From a virus (taxonomy: Duplodnaviria; Caudoviricetes), in IMG/VR virus record IMGVR_UViG_3300044522_000179, positions 12,897-76,896 of that record: DNA of 64,000 nucleotides, one strand, 5' to 3'. Below the pieces are notes generated by a model that had not been told where the DNA came from, did no database searches, and saw nothing but the letters and a program-made list of their open reading frames with translations. The position numbers were made by a program, and so were the translations under genes. Shown piece after piece: positions 10,111 to 21,200 of the stretch (positions are counted from its first letter, which is position 1; each line of letters begins with the position of its first letter).

Positions 10111-10653
10111 CTATATAGATTCTCCCCAAATAGGGATATACCTTCCATCTTCGGTTCTTGTATATGTAAGTATACCATCCCCCATTCTTCGCGTCAACTC
10201 TTGCTTGCTGGGCGTAATATCATTAGTAATTAATTTATCTTTTCTTGGTCTTCCAATATGATTTGTAGCAAGTATATCACGTATCTCTTTTACTTGTGAT
10301 TCTGAGTAATATGATCTTACTTGAAATCCTCTAGCCCCACCTTTTTGAGAACCCATTGGAAATGGAATAACACCTCGTTTCATTAGTGATGGCATATATT
10401 TTTTATGACGATTAACTAAATCAGCAGTCTGGCCTACTGTGTATGCTCGTTCTCTTTTATTTTTAAAATCACTAACTAAACAACTTTCAATTTGATCTTT
10501 TGTAATATTATAAACAGACATTATTCCATTAGACTGATTTAAATGATAAATTCTTACAAGGCTACCATTAAGGAACCAGACCTTTTTGTTTCCTTTTATT
10601 ACAGGGAGGCTATTGTAGCCTTCGCTCTCAATTGTTCCTTTTTTAGTAGCCAT
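10111..10653 (-). CDS. MerR-like HTH DNA-binding protein
   Basis: YTVGQTADLVNRH...KRGVIP...RSYYSESQV. Confidence 0.6.
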   Translation of the reverse strand: MATKKGTIESEGYNSLPVIKGNKKVWFLNGSLVRIYHLNQSNGIMSVYNITKDQIESCLVSDFKNKRERAYTVGQTADLVNRHKKYMPSLMKRGVIPFPMGSQKGGARGFQVRSYYSESQVKEIRDILATNHIGRPRKDKLITNDITPSKQELTRRMGDGILTYTRTEDGRYIPIWGESI

Positions 10654-10790
10654 CTTCCCTCTTCATAATTTTGTGCTGGATTAAAGAATTTTCTATTTCC
10701 ACATGTAATACAATAAGTTTCCATATGGCTATTTTCACTAAATATCCTGTCAATGAACATTCGCCCTTTGCATCTATTACAGATAAGCAT
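10599..10790 (-). CDS. small zinc-ribbon protein
   Basis: CNRC...CITCG. Confidence 0.65.
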   Translation of the reverse strand: MLICNRCKGRMFIDRIFSENSHMETYCITCGNRKFFNPAQNYEEGRWLLKKEQLRAKATIASL

Positions 10791-11233
10791 TAATTTGGTA
10801 TTCCAATAATTACCAAGTTAATACCAATGCTTGTGTCGCCTCCAGCATTAAACTTGACTGTACCCTCGACCTTTGAAGTTGAAATACTTTTTAGTGTGAC
10901 TGTAACATCCTTACCAGCATCCGTATTTCCAACGTTAACTGGTGTTGCTGTTACTACTGGTGCAAACTTAAACTCGCTTGGAAAATCATAAAAGAACGGC
11001 TGAGAAGATCCAGCAGTTTGTGTTGTGCTTGTTGTAACTTGAACATACCCTCCAATAATTCTTGCCTCAGATGCTTTGACGCTTTGTTTTCCAGCGTTGG
11101 GTGTGTCTATTGTTACATACTTGTAGGCTGATGGAGATACCTGAACAGAAAGATCATTAATAGCCTTAACAATCTGATAGATGTATGTTACGTCTAGTGG
11201 TTGACCTCGTTCTGGTACGGGTAATATTGCCAT
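10790..11233 (-). CDS. minor tail protein (H-type lectin-like C-terminus)
   Basis: FPSEFKFAPVVTAT; end of tail operon. Confidence 0.55.
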   Translation of the reverse strand: MAILPVPERGQPLDVTYIYQIVKAINDLSVQVSPSAYKYVTIDTPNAGKQSVKASEARIIGGYVQVTTSTTQTAGSSQPFFYDFPSEFKFAPVVTATPVNVGNTDAGKDVTVTLKSISTSKVEGTVKFNAGGDTSIGINLVIIGIPN

Positions 11234-11240
11234 AATATAA

Positions 11241-11669
11241 TTATACCAGACTTACGATTCCAGAGTCATATACTTCTAGGTTTTCTGTAAGTGCTGGATT
11301 AATAGATGATATTTGAACTATAGCCCTTACTGACTGTGTTCCTGTTTTTAAAAATGAATAGTTTTGTGATCCAGATGTTCCTAGATAAGACGGAGTTGCT
11401 CCATCAAACCCTACAAAGATATCATAGGTTATTTGTATTGAAACTTCTCCTACTGCCCAATTTAGAAAAATTGTATTACCAATAATATTAAGATCTCCTG
11501 GGCCAGTAACAACAGCCTCAGAACCAAGAATAAATATTTTTGAATATGCTGACTTTCTGTTTTTATCTTCTGCTATTAATCTAAATCTTAAAACTCTTGA
11601 ATTAGACGATGTTACTTTTCCAAGTAAATCTTTTTTAATAATAACATTTTTTATTCCTTTGTCTGCCAT
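11241..11669 (-). CDS. putative minor tail protein
   Basis: Beta-rich; operon position. Confidence 0.5.
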   Translation of the reverse strand: MADKGIKNVIIKKDLLGKVTSSNSRVLRFRLIAEDKNRKSAYSKIFILGSEAVVTGPGDLNIIGNTIFLNWAVGEVSIQITYDIFVGFDGATPSYLGTSGSQNYSFLKTGTQSVRAIVQISSINPALTENLEVYDSGIVSLV

Positions 11670-12823
11670 TATCCAACATCCAAGGCAAATCTAAACTCAA
11701 TATAGTTTGTTGTGTTTGCTGATTTTATAATTGGTTTTGCACCTACACTTTTAATTACAGAGTATCCAGTAAGTCCATACAAAGAATTTGTAGAAGTAAT
11801 ATTTTCAAGTCTTAGCCCATCTAAACAAACATAAAATAAGTCAGAAGGCAATCCAGCCTCTGTTACGCAAGCATAAATTTTTGCTACAGTAACTTCTCTC
11901 CAGTCAAAGTTATCTGTTTTGTTTAAATCTTTAAGTGCTTTTGTAGCAACAACGTATCTGTTTAAAGCAAAATTTGTTTCTTTTACTGCTGTTCCAGCAG
12001 AGTATCCTACATCATCAATATCTACCTCAAACCTTGCATACTCTTGTGAAGAGTTTAAGCCAGTATAAGAAAATTCCAATAAAATTTTAACATTGTCTGG
12101 CACTGTATTGGAGTTGGCAACTTTATTAACAACAGAAAATGCTAATCTTAGTTCATCTAATGGACTATTTTTTGTAAGATCTACTGCTGTATCGTTTAGC
12201 CTTATGTATTTAGATCCAGTGCCAACTACAATTTTACCTAACTGGTTACTTGTAAGGGTTGAATCATTTCCAACTATAGCAATAATATTATTTAAGAATC
12301 TACATCTTTCATTTCTTGCAACTCTGTCTGACTGAGTAAATATTCTATTGTCTGCATTTGTCTTAAATACATTGAGGGACTGGTTTATAATCCCGTTTTC
12401 TGCAACACCATCAAGTGGTTCATATTTTGATTCTATATCAATTGCAGCAGAACCAAATGGTTGATATAGCCAGTTGTCAGTATCTGCAAAAGAATAAATT
12501 GTTCGGCTATCAAAAGATCCAGCAATTGGGTTTGACGCAGCAGAGAATATTCCAACCTCAGTAATCTCATATCTTTCTTCTGTTGGCAACTCTGCTGTTA
12601 ATACTACCTTATCTATCCCGCCCTCATTTACGAATCCTCTAGAAATAATAGGAACACGAAACATCTCAAAATCTAAGGAATTTTTTAGTGCATAGTCTCC
12701 AAAAACACCCCCATCAGAAGCCACTGGGCTAGGCCCACAGCCCACAGCAATGTGTGAGGCATATGATTGTGTCTGACCCACAAGATACTTGGCTAAAAGA
12801 TTTTTACCTATATTAGTTATCAT
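11669..12823 (-). CDS. putative baseplate/minor tail protein
   Basis: MITNIGKNLLAKYL...ITEVGIF baseplate-type N-terminus. Confidence 0.6.
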   Translation of the reverse strand: MITNIGKNLLAKYLVGQTQSYASHIAVGCGPSPVASDGGVFGDYALKNSLDFEMFRVPIISRGFVNEGGIDKVVLTAELPTEERYEITEVGIFSAASNPIAGSFDSRTIYSFADTDNWLYQPFGSAAIDIESKYEPLDGVAENGIINQSLNVFKTNADNRIFTQSDRVARNERCRFLNNIIAIVGNDSTLTSNQLGKIVVGTGSKYIRLNDTAVDLTKNSPLDELRLAFSVVNKVANSNTVPDNVKILLEFSYTGLNSSQEYARFEVDIDDVGYSAGTAVKETNFALNRYVVATKALKDLNKTDNFDWREVTVAKIYACVTEAGLPSDLFYVCLDGLRLENITSTNSLYGLTGYSVIKSVGAKPIIKSANTTNYIEFRFALDVG

Positions 12824-13341
12824 TAATTACTCCCACTATGTATTGTATCATCAAAAATACTTCCACTGTTCAATATATTAATTTCTGCTTGCTCGCCCTC
12901 TTTGACATTAACTAAGTTAATAACTAGGTCTCCGCTTATCGGATCTATGTAGACTGACTTACAGTTTGGAACTTTAACTCCATCCACCAGATCATATCCT
13001 GTACCACAAACTGGCAGATGGTCAAATATGGATAAAGATAAAGACTTAAGATACGAATCAGATGCCTGGAGTCTTAAAACATTATTTGGATTGTATTGTA
13101 GATATAAATCTGTCAAATTTTTAATCGGGGTATAAATAACCTTTTGTCCATTTACCAGGTCATGCCTAGATATAGTGGCAAGTTCATATCCTCCAATATC
13201 CTCAAATATAAGGTCTGTCATTATTTCAATAGACATGGCCTCATCATTTAAAAGAATTAAATCTGGAGTAGCAATTTTTACTGAGTTATCTTGAGATGCA
13301 CTTTCTGGATATGGAAGATTTGCTGTTGCGCTTGTTGTCAT
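12823..13341 (-). CDS. putative minor tail protein
   Basis: Coupled ORF in tail operon. Confidence 0.5.
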   Translation of the reverse strand: MTTSATANLPYPESASQDNSVKIATPDLILLNDEAMSIEIMTDLIFEDIGGYELATISRHDLVNGQKVIYTPIKNLTDLYLQYNPNNVLRLQASDSYLKSLSLSIFDHLPVCGTGYDLVDGVKVPNCKSVYIDPISGDLVINLVNVKEGEQAEINILNSGSIFDDTIHSGSN

Positions 13342-16300
13342 TATAGAACCTCACTTAAAAATACTGTCATGTCTGGACCACTTGGACCTCTTGAAAAATC
13401 AATATTATATACAACGAACCTGCTTGATGCATTTGATGCCATACTTATTCCGTTTTCTTGATAGTCTAAACTTACTATGTCACCAAGTTGAATTGTAGGG
13501 ATTGCAAATATTTTAACTCCAATAGACTTTCTTGGCTTTGATGTTTTTTCAACCATCCACTTCATTAAGTTTGATGCTTCATCTTGTGATTGAATATACG
13601 GAGTAGTTAATGAAAAATCTTTTTTCCCATAAGTCATTCTGCTTAATTTTATATCTTGATAATCTTGTTTAAATTTAAAAGGATTTGAAATTAATTTATC
13701 TGCAACAAACTGTGGGTTTGATTCAAGAGTATTCTTATTAAAATATTCATCGACTGTTAGGTTGTTATCTGACTCCTGTGTAAAAGTAATTCCCTGAATT
13801 CTTAAATAGTTCCCACTTGTTTCATCTAGACTAAGTGCAGTGTCTGTTGCATTAAATATCATAAACTCAGCACCGTATGATCCTGCTCTAAAACCAGAAA
13901 CGACATATCCTTTTATTTTATTAAATGTTGGAGAGATTTTTGCAGTTAATGCTGGATAAGCCTTATCATATTTAAAATTAAACACTGCTGCTTCTCTCAT
14001 GATGCTGCCAAACTCTTCAAAATATATGTCATACTTTGGAGGTTCTGAAGAACCAATTCCAGAAAGATATGTATTTTGTATCAAACCACTGATTGCATAT
14101 TTTCTAAAAGACTCATTTGCGTCAATTTCAGAATCTCCAAATACAGAATTTACTGGTGCGCCCAAAGAGAATGATGTGTTTTGAGAATAGTTATTACATA
14201 GGGCATAAACATTTTCAAACATTGCTCTTGAAGACCCTCTTGTAAATAATGCTATGTTAGAGTATACTGGAAGTGGATCATTATCATCTACTGTTTTTAT
14301 TAGTTTGCCGTTAATGTATAAGTAGAATCTTCTTGTCTTTCCTATGTCTTCATATTCTACTGCTAAATCATATACCGTTGGATTTTCTTCAGCAAAAACT
14401 CTTGACTGTCCAGTAAATCTTCCATCATCAACAGTGATTGTAGCAAGACCATCCCAAAGTCCTACAGGAATGGCTTTGCCATTATTAGATTTTACTTTGT
14501 AGAAAAAAACATTACTAACGCTTTGTCTATCTGTTTCTGAAAGATTACCTAGTCCAAGTGCTGCTATCTCAAAATAATATCCTACATTTGTTGTTGGATT
14601 TAACATTACTGCAATTCCAGCAGAACCACCAGCAACGTTAATATTTTTATCTGGCGTAGAACCATTTACAACATAGTAAGTTGAAGATCCATTAGTTGTC
14701 TGACCACGGTCTTCATTGCTTTCAATCTTGCCAATAATTCTTAGTCTTGTTCCAAAGTGTTTATACTTTTTCCCTTCTAATGATTTATGAACATATGAAA
14801 TAAAATTTCTTGGCTTTTCTTTAGTAGCAAAGTTTGGACCAGTTAAAGAAAGTGCTGATGATTGAACCGAACCTGGAACTTGTTGAGTATTTGTGGTTAT
14901 CTCTCCTACAATAGAGGTTGACAGAAAGTTTTTAATAATTCCGCTTCTAGATGAAGTTCTTGCTAAAGCATCAGAAGATATTCCAGAGTCAGTTAATTTT
15001 CCAGATGAAGCAACGGTGGTTGCAGGTAAAGTTAAATCTTTTTGAAACAAATACTCTGATGACATGTAACAACCTTTAACATTGTCATCTGATTTCCAGT
15101 AGTCAGCAATTCCAGCATTATGTGCAACAACAGTAGTTCCAAATTGTCCACGACCATGCTTTTGAACTTCTCCATTTTGTAATCTAATAACACCAGATTG
15201 CTCAAAATATTTTGGTTCAGAATAAATTCTTACAAGGCCAGTTGGATATATCTTTCCATTGAATGGAAGTTTAGAAAAATAATTTTGATAGTCTTCTGTA
15301 GAAGTTATCCAAACATTTCCAAAACCAGTAACGTTGTATTGAACTGCATCATATTTTATAATTTCTCCTTGTGAATAAAAATATCCATTATATCTTGTAA
15401 TCCAATACGCTGCTTCACCAAGACTAAATGTATTATTAATTACAATGTTATTTTTTACAATTGGAACATCTGCCGAAAGATTAGAGTTTAGTGGTATAGC
15501 ACTAAGAACATATGCCGACTGTCTATTTACTTCGTTATTTATTGATTTTGTATTTTCTGTTCCAGAAACTTCCCACAATAGGGCAGGCTTATAAGTGTAA
15601 AATCTTTCATCATCTAAGAGGCTTGCCTGCCTTAGAGAACCGATAGATCTTTGTATATGTCTTGTTGTGTAATTAATTACTCCATCATTGTAGACATTGT
15701 TTGTCTGGCTAGATACAGAAATCACATTTGCAAGTTTAGCATTTGCAAGTGTTTTATTTTTAATTTCATTATCTTGAAACAGATCGTTAGTTCCCCTAAG
15801 TTCAAATGTTGTTGGTCTTTGTTCTTTTGTTGGCATAATATAGTCTTTGCTCATCATAACAAAGTTATTGTATTCATCAAAAAACATTGCAGTTTGAGTT
15901 GATACCGCTAAATCTTGAAGAATTTGTGCAACGCTGTTGTCTGGCCCAACAAAGAAATATGGAATTATTGTTTCTTTTTCATTTGCCACTCTTCTAAATG
16001 TGTAATTAGAAAAACCAATATGGTCTAATAAAAGAGAAACAGCAGAACTTACAGATACTTCTGTCATTAATATTTGTGGTGCAGTTATTGATTCTAGATA
16101 CCAATACATATCTCTTAAGGAAAGGGACACAGTTTTATTCATAAGATCCTGCTTGGGAAATGAATCGGCATATAGTGTTTTAATTGGAACCCAGTAATCC
16201 CAGCCTGCAACATCAACAATTACTTCATAAAACTTAAACTGAACATGTCTATTTATATATTTTGCTATAATACTTGACTGATTGTTTTCATTAAATGCTT

Positions 16301-17633
16301 GATCATAATCAAATATATTAATATTTCCATTAGATGCAATTAACTGTCCAACTGGTAAACCACTTAGCCCAAGATCTGATGCACTTTTATTAATTGAATA
16401 GTCTAAAGTTTTATCAGATACATTTAAAACAAGTCTTGGAGATATTTCTATAAGGTCAAAGGTTGAGTCTTTTACGTTCATTGAGTCAACGACAATTCTA
16501 ATTCCAGAGATATATTCAAACTCTCTATACTGTTCTTTTCCATCTAATGATTTAGTAAATACATTTGGAGATGTAGCATCTACTACAAAGTTTGTAAGTC
16601 TATCTACTGTCTCATCCTGGATATACCAACCATACTTTGGGGTTATGATTGTATAATCTGTACCGTTCCAAATATAAAACTTGCCTATATCGTTTTCATT
16701 TTCTTTAATAAGATAAGCATATCCAACTACAGACTGCTCAGGAAGCAAAGAAATACTTGAGTATACTTCTGCAAAAACAAAATTTGCTTTCCATTCATCT
16801 GGAACAATTAGTCCATAGGATATTTCAACATAGCCATCACTTTTGATAACTGAAGATCCGTCTACTCTTCGTATTGCGGGATTAAATGAGATAACATCTT
16901 GCCAGTTTGAATCTTTTAAGAACTGAATCTTCCATTTAGTTGGAACCTTTTGATTTAACTCTCCAAAGAATGGATCTGAAAATGCTCCAGTTGGGGATGA
17001 GAAGGGGCCTAGATTTTCTGTACCAGTATGGGTTTGCATCTTAACAACAACTCTATTGGCTGGAATTTTTTCTTTATAGACAACAAAAGGACAAGCATCT
17101 TCTATAGAGTTTTGAGAACCTCTTACCTTTGAGGCAATTCCGTATTCTTGACCAGACTCTGTTCTGTATGAAGTCCAATACTTAAACTTATCATTTTTAT
17201 CTGGCATATAGTACCTTGGCCTATCGGCCATAACTAGATTTGGGTGGTGCAGTTTTCCGTTCTCAAAGAACACTGCCTTGTTAATTCCAGATCTTGGTCT
17301 AAACTGATTAAAGCATTCCTCTAAAGAATAAAGAGTTTTTAACTTTTCTTTCTTTGTTAAAAATGTTGTTGGAATATTGTCATTGTCAAATGTTCCATCT
17401 ACAAGAGTATCTGCATCAGTTGCTCCTGTATAAAAATTTCCATCATCATTAATATCAAAACCTGTTGGAAGTGATGAATAAATAGATCCAGACTGCGTTG
17501 GTCTATATCTATAGTTACCAATATGTTTTATATTGGTTGGTATGTTCATATTCCATTCTGCTGTTATTATTGACTTGTTCCGTACCGTCGGAGAAGTCTC
17601 TAAAAATGTTTGCAGGTCTTTGTCTTCAAACAT
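13341..17633 (-). CDS. large tail tip/hub protein
   Basis: 1430 aa, second gene after the TMP; C-terminal PTIQLGDIV tail-hub motif. Confidence 0.7.
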   Translation of the reverse strand: MFEDKDLQTFLETSPTVRNKSIITAEWNMNIPTNIKHIGNYRYRPTQSGSIYSSLPTGFDINDDGNFYTGATDADTLVDGTFDNDNIPTTFLTKKEKLKTLYSLEECFNQFRPRSGINKAVFFENGKLHHPNLVMADRPRYYMPDKNDKFKYWTSYRTESGQEYGIASKVRGSQNSIEDACPFVVYKEKIPANRVVVKMQTHTGTENLGPFSSPTGAFSDPFFGELNQKVPTKWKIQFLKDSNWQDVISFNPAIRRVDGSSVIKSDGYVEISYGLIVPDEWKANFVFAEVYSSISLLPEQSVVGYAYLIKENENDIGKFYIWNGTDYTIITPKYGWYIQDETVDRLTNFVVDATSPNVFTKSLDGKEQYREFEYISGIRIVVDSMNVKDSTFDLIEISPRLVLNVSDKTLDYSINKSASDLGLSGLPVGQLIASNGNINIFDYDQAFNENNQSSIIAKYINRHVQFKFYEVIVDVAGWDYWVPIKTLYADSFPKQDLMNKTVSLSLRDMYWYLESITAPQILMTEVSVSSAVSLLLDHIGFSNYTFRRVANEKETIIPYFFVGPDNSVAQILQDLAVSTQTAMFFDEYNNFVMMSKDYIMPTKEQRPTTFELRGTNDLFQDNEIKNKTLANAKLANVISVSSQTNNVYNDGVINYTTRHIQRSIGSLRQASLLDDERFYTYKPALLWEVSGTENTKSINNEVNRQSAYVLSAIPLNSNLSADVPIVKNNIVINNTFSLGEAAYWITRYNGYFYSQGEIIKYDAVQYNVTGFGNVWITSTEDYQNYFSKLPFNGKIYPTGLVRIYSEPKYFEQSGVIRLQNGEVQKHGRGQFGTTVVAHNAGIADYWKSDDNVKGCYMSSEYLFQKDLTLPATTVASSGKLTDSGISSDALARTSSRSGIIKNFLSTSIVGEITTNTQQVPGSVQSSALSLTGPNFATKEKPRNFISYVHKSLEGKKYKHFGTRLRIIGKIESNEDRGQTTNGSSTYYVVNGSTPDKNINVAGGSAGIAVMLNPTTNVGYYFEIAALGLGNLSETDRQSVSNVFFYKVKSNNGKAIPVGLWDGLATITVDDGRFTGQSRVFAEENPTVYDLAVEYEDIGKTRRFYLYINGKLIKTVDDNDPLPVYSNIALFTRGSSRAMFENVYALCNNYSQNTSFSLGAPVNSVFGDSEIDANESFRKYAISGLIQNTYLSGIGSSEPPKYDIYFEEFGSIMREAAVFNFKYDKAYPALTAKISPTFNKIKGYVVSGFRAGSYGAEFMIFNATDTALSLDETSGNYLRIQGITFTQESDNNLTVDEYFNKNTLESNPQFVADKLISNPFKFKQDYQDIKLSRMTYGKKDFSLTTPYIQSQDEASNLMKWMVEKTSKPRKSIGVKIFAIPTIQLGDIVSLDYQENGISMASNASSRFVVYNIDFSRGPSGPDMTVFLSEVL

Positions 17634-18268
17634 TATACTTCTTCCAAAGTTATTGAGACGTTCCAGTAATCAAAGTTAGTTCCTCTTTTTTCAACAGAAT
17701 ATGAAAAATCACTAATAAACATTTCTATAAGTTGATTGTATTGCCCAAGGTGGTCGTATGGTTCTGATGTTCCCTTAAAAATTCCTTTTCTATCATATGC
17801 AAGAAATACCCAGAAAGATCCCTTATGTGAATCATACCACTCAAGCATATCTGCTCCACCTGCTCCGCCATCAGTTGTATAGGATACATATGGAGAGGCT
17901 CCAGTAACAGTATCAAAACTTGGAATGTTTGCATGGGATCTAGAAGGAATTAAATTCCAACTTGTACTTAGTGTTATTTTGTCTGCAATATGATATGATC
18001 TCATGCGACCATTAATCATTCTTTCACGCTTTTCAATTCTTTCTTCTGAAAAATCAAGTGGCTGTCTATTATCATCAGTAATAAACAAGAATTGATCTAA
18101 AAGGGTTTGGTCTTCAACACTTTCTGGGTCTACTCCAACTTCATATCCGTAGGGGATGTACAAACCATCTTTAAGAGTGCCAGAGTTTTCAGACCACAGC
18201 ATACCGCTTGGTCTGTTGTATTTCTTACGACCCTGAACATAGGTGACTCTTGGATCAATTTCTGGCAT
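17633..18268 (-). CDS. distal tail (Dit)-like protein
   Basis: Immediately after the TMP; RMINGRMR...WNVSITLEEV. Confidence 0.55.
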   Translation of the reverse strand: MPEIDPRVTYVQGRKKYNRPSGMLWSENSGTLKDGLYIPYGYEVGVDPESVEDQTLLDQFLFITDDNRQPLDFSEERIEKRERMINGRMRSYHIADKITLSTSWNLIPSRSHANIPSFDTVTGASPYVSYTTDGGAGGADMLEWYDSHKGSFWVFLAYDRKGIFKGTSEPYDHLGQYNQLIEMFISDFSYSVEKRGTNFDYWNVSITLEEV

Positions 18269-21200
18269 TTAATGACACCCCTCTAATTCTTCTATCATCA
18301 ACTTGTTTAATTGTTGACATCACTGCTTGTGCAATTTCATTTGGATTAGCATTTGTTTTTGCATTAACAGTTAATGTATATGTATTATTATACACTGCCC
18401 CGCTATTAAGATCTCCATTATTCATTTTTTTCATATGATCTACACCGTAAGAATCTACAGCATACTTGCTCATTACAAATTCTCCTGGAGTTAGCATTGC
18501 TGGCACTGTATCAGTACCCTTTGCAAAACCACCTGCAGCAAACATTTTTGGAACCATTCCGCCTGCACTTAGCCCCATAGACTTCATTGCTTGTCCAGTA
18601 TATCGTGCCGTAGATAGCGCTCCTGCTGTTCCACCTAAAGACTTTGTCATTGTTTTTGAACTTAAAAGCGCTCTTGACATATTAATTGCAATTGATTCTG
18701 GAGAAAGATTTCCTTCAGCAAGAGCAACGGCCTTGTTTAAACTTGTAGTATTTGTTGCTTTTCTAATAGCAAGCGCTGAAATTCCAGCAGCAACTTTTCC
18801 AATCTCTGCTGACTGACTTTCAAGTTCTGCAATGGCTGCTGCTGCTGCTAACGCTGCTGCAGTTGCTTCTGAAAGAGCAGCATTTGCTTCTGCTTCTGCA
18901 TCTGCTGCTGCTTTGTGAGCATCTTCTGCTTCTTTATTTGCTTCAGGTGATGCCTCTGGATCTGGAACATATGGCTTTGAAATTATTGGACTTGGTCCTT
19001 GTGCTGCAGAGTTACTTGATGTATTCCCTGGTTGAGCCTGATATGCTGCAATAAGTTTTGCTTGAATCTCTAGTGCAAGTTTCATAGAATCAACAAATGC
19101 TGCGCTCTTAATTAAGGCAAGGTCTACTTGATTTTTAATTGCTTCCCAAGCATCTTTTGTTAATCCAAGAACGGTAAGACCTTCTATATCTTTGTCTAAT
19201 ACTATTTGTCTTAAACGAATAAACTCTTGTGCTGGTTCTAGTTTATCTTCTTCAATTTTAAATATTTTATCTTGAAGATCTTTAATTTCTTTTTCAAGGT
19301 CTAGTCTAGTTTTTCCACCCTGAGTTTTTACTCTAGACAATTCATATTCTCTAGATTTTTCTATTGCATCTTTTTGTTTTGTTACAGCATCTGCTGCTGC
19401 CTGGGCTCTCATATCCTGTACGGCCCGTGCTGCTGCTGAAATATCGCCAGAGGTTAGTGCCTCAGCAAGAGTTAGTTGACCCTTTTGCTGATTAGAAATG
19501 GAAGAGTTTAACTTTTCTACTTCATCTAAAGCCTTAATTCTTTCATCATACTTATCATTAATTTTTTGCTCTTGATCTTCAATACCTTTTAGTGCTGCTT
19601 CTTTATCATCTATCTCATATTGAATTGCTGCAATTGTATTTTGTGCCTCTTTAATTATTGCATTTTGTGATTTTGTATCTATTTTAAACTGTATGTTTAG
19701 TGCTGTCTCTTGAACATCAAAAGCCTGCATTGCATTGCCAAACCCCTTATCAAATAAACCTTGCATAAATTCAACGGTAGACTTTAATTGATTTAGTCTT
19801 GTATTAAACAACTCAACTAATTCACTTAACTCTCCTAATGCAGCCATAATAACTGCTGGTGGTGCTCCAATTGTTTGCAACCTCTTTACTTGTGCTTCTT
19901 TTGCTTCTAACTGACTTTCCATTAATTTTAAGTTTTCATCTGATGAAATTGCAAAAGCATCTTCTGCTCCATACTTTGATCTTAGTCTTCCTTCTTGAAT
20001 TGTGTTTTTCTTAAATTGTGCGATATCTGTTTTTACCCCGCTAATTGCTGCATATTTTTCTTTTTCTTTTGTTAAACGCTTATAATTATTAATTAAAGTT
20101 TCTAGATTTTTATTACTTACGCCATTAGCAATTGCTTCTGCAATTCCTGCATCAGTAACTAATTGGTATGCCTCTGCTACTGGAACTCCAAGGTTTGCCA
20201 ACTTATTAAAGGCAGTGGATTGATTTTCAATAGCCTTGAGGTCTGCCTCCATGCTAGACTTCCAGTCACCCATAGTTATTGAGTTTAATGCTTCCTGAAT
20301 ATTTTTAGCATCTTCTTTTAGTGCAACAATATTTCCTTTATTGTCAAACTTAAACAATGAGTTCTTTTTCTGTTCATATACCTTTGGATCCATGCCGACG
20401 ATTAGTTCGATAAAGTCTTGGCTTGTACCTAAGCCTCTTAGATCGTTTTCTATACCGCTAAATACACTGATGGTCTTGTTACCACCAAACAGTTTATCTA
20501 ATGCCTTACGAGAAGCACCCCAGCCTTCTGTGACCTTGATCTGGTTCATTCTTACATCTCTTAGTTTCTTTACTAAGTCATCTAGTGGTGAGGACTGGAC
20601 TTTGTTTCCATCGCCATTTGGGGTTGTTCCTGTTGGAGCCTTTGTTCCTACTGATGTATTATCTGTAACGGCTTTGTATCCTTGTGCTTCTCTATATTTT
20701 TGTATTTTATATGAAATACTACCGCTGACTCCTGCTCCTCCATGTGGTGCTGGCTCTTTGAGCCAAGCCTTATAGTCTTCACTTGCTTCAATTTGTGGTT
20801 CTGGAATATTAATTATTGATGCAATAGTAGTTGTATATACAAGTTTTTGATCATCTGTTAATGTTTTAAAATATGCTTCGTCAAAGTTTGCGGTCCCTTT
20901 AAGTTGTGGCATTATATTATAAACAGCATCTATTGTCTTTGGCTTTTGTGTTTCAATTGCATCAAGAACTCGATTTAGTTCCTCGTATGCTGTTTTATTT
21001 TTTGGATCTACATAAAAACTAACCATAAAGTCTGATGGTATAACTGTATTAAGATTATTTAATTTGATCATGTTCTTTGTAAAATCAAGAGCATCTGAGT
21101 CTTTTTCAAATGCTTCTACCTTAGTTATAAATTTTGTTTGAACTGTTTTATTAATGTCACCCTTTGCATTAAGAATGTTTTGTGCTGCTACACCTATTGA

